This document shows positions 63,967 to 64,000 of a stretch of DNA of 64,000 bases, in pieces (position 1 is the first letter of the stretch; the number at the start of each line of letters is the position of its first letter). The position numbers and the translations under genes were made by a program. Origin of the DNA: Trypanosoma brucei (Eukaryota); assembly GCA_000002445.1 (NCBI GenBank), contig CH464491.1, positions 512,001-576,000 on the forward strand, written 5' to 3'. The notes beneath the pieces are model-generated. The model was given only the letters and a program-made list of their open reading frames with translations. It searched no databases and was not told the DNA's origin.

Positions 63967-64000
63967 TGCTGGTGCTAGGACTGCATACGGGTATATAATT

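Noticed and set aside
1-64000. Prokaryote-style interpretation (operons, RBS, defence islands, CRISPR)
   Set aside because: Gene content points to a kinetoplastid nuclear chromosome: CCT chaperonin, STRAP, USP, eIF2B, ribosomal P0 with acidic stalk tail, and histone H1 of the AK/P pentapeptide type. Long unidirectional gene blocks and pyrimidine tracts before ATGs support the same conclusion. No CRISPR repeats or phage/transposase genes were seen.

Overview
The gene content and organisation indicate a trypanosomatid (Trypanosoma brucei-like) nuclear chromosome segment rather than a prokaryote. Genes are intron-less and densely packed in two long same-strand blocks, which fits polycistronic transcription units (PTUs). 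Every coding gene from 1 to 27044 lies on the minus strand, and every coding gene from 35007 to 63557 lies on the plus strand. The roughly 8 kb gene-free interval between them (27045..35006) has the properties of a divergent strand-switch region, meaning a bidirectional RNA polymerase II start zone, with a GC-rich core at about 28.9-31.35 kb.

Recognisable minus-block genes are:
- a JmjC-domain protein truncated by the window edge;
- a PTC7-like PP2C phosphatase;
- five small Lys/Ala/Pro-rich histone H1 genes in two separated tandem sub-arrays (4.77-5.9 kb and 20.3-22.15 kb);
- a RING-H2 protein;
- an eIF2B-family (delta-like) subunit;
- a Cys-rich multipass membrane protein;
- a coiled-coil protein;
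- a STRAP/UNRIP-like WD40 protein;
- CCT/TCP-1 beta;
- a CDF zinc transporter.

Recognisable plus-block genes are:
- a USP/C19 deubiquitinase;
- an RNase III-like-domain protein;
- an RNI-like LRR protein;
- a SAM-RGG-CCCH zinc-finger protein fused to a degenerate eIF4A-like helicase core that lacks the ATPase motifs (reminiscent of ZC3H41);
- arginyl-tRNA synthetase;
- a JMJD6-like JmjC protein;
- an STE-like protein kinase;
- a coiled-coil protein with internal repeats;
- two tandem, CDS-identical copies of 60S acidic ribosomal protein P0.

No tRNA, rRNA, CRISPR or mobile element could be supported from sequence alone. Long homopolymer G/C runs, including a C10...G13 inverted pair, and several dinucleotide microsatellites are present. 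The six-frame ORF track uses GTG/TTG as alternative starts for many calls, so I moved starts to the first in-frame ATG where appropriate.
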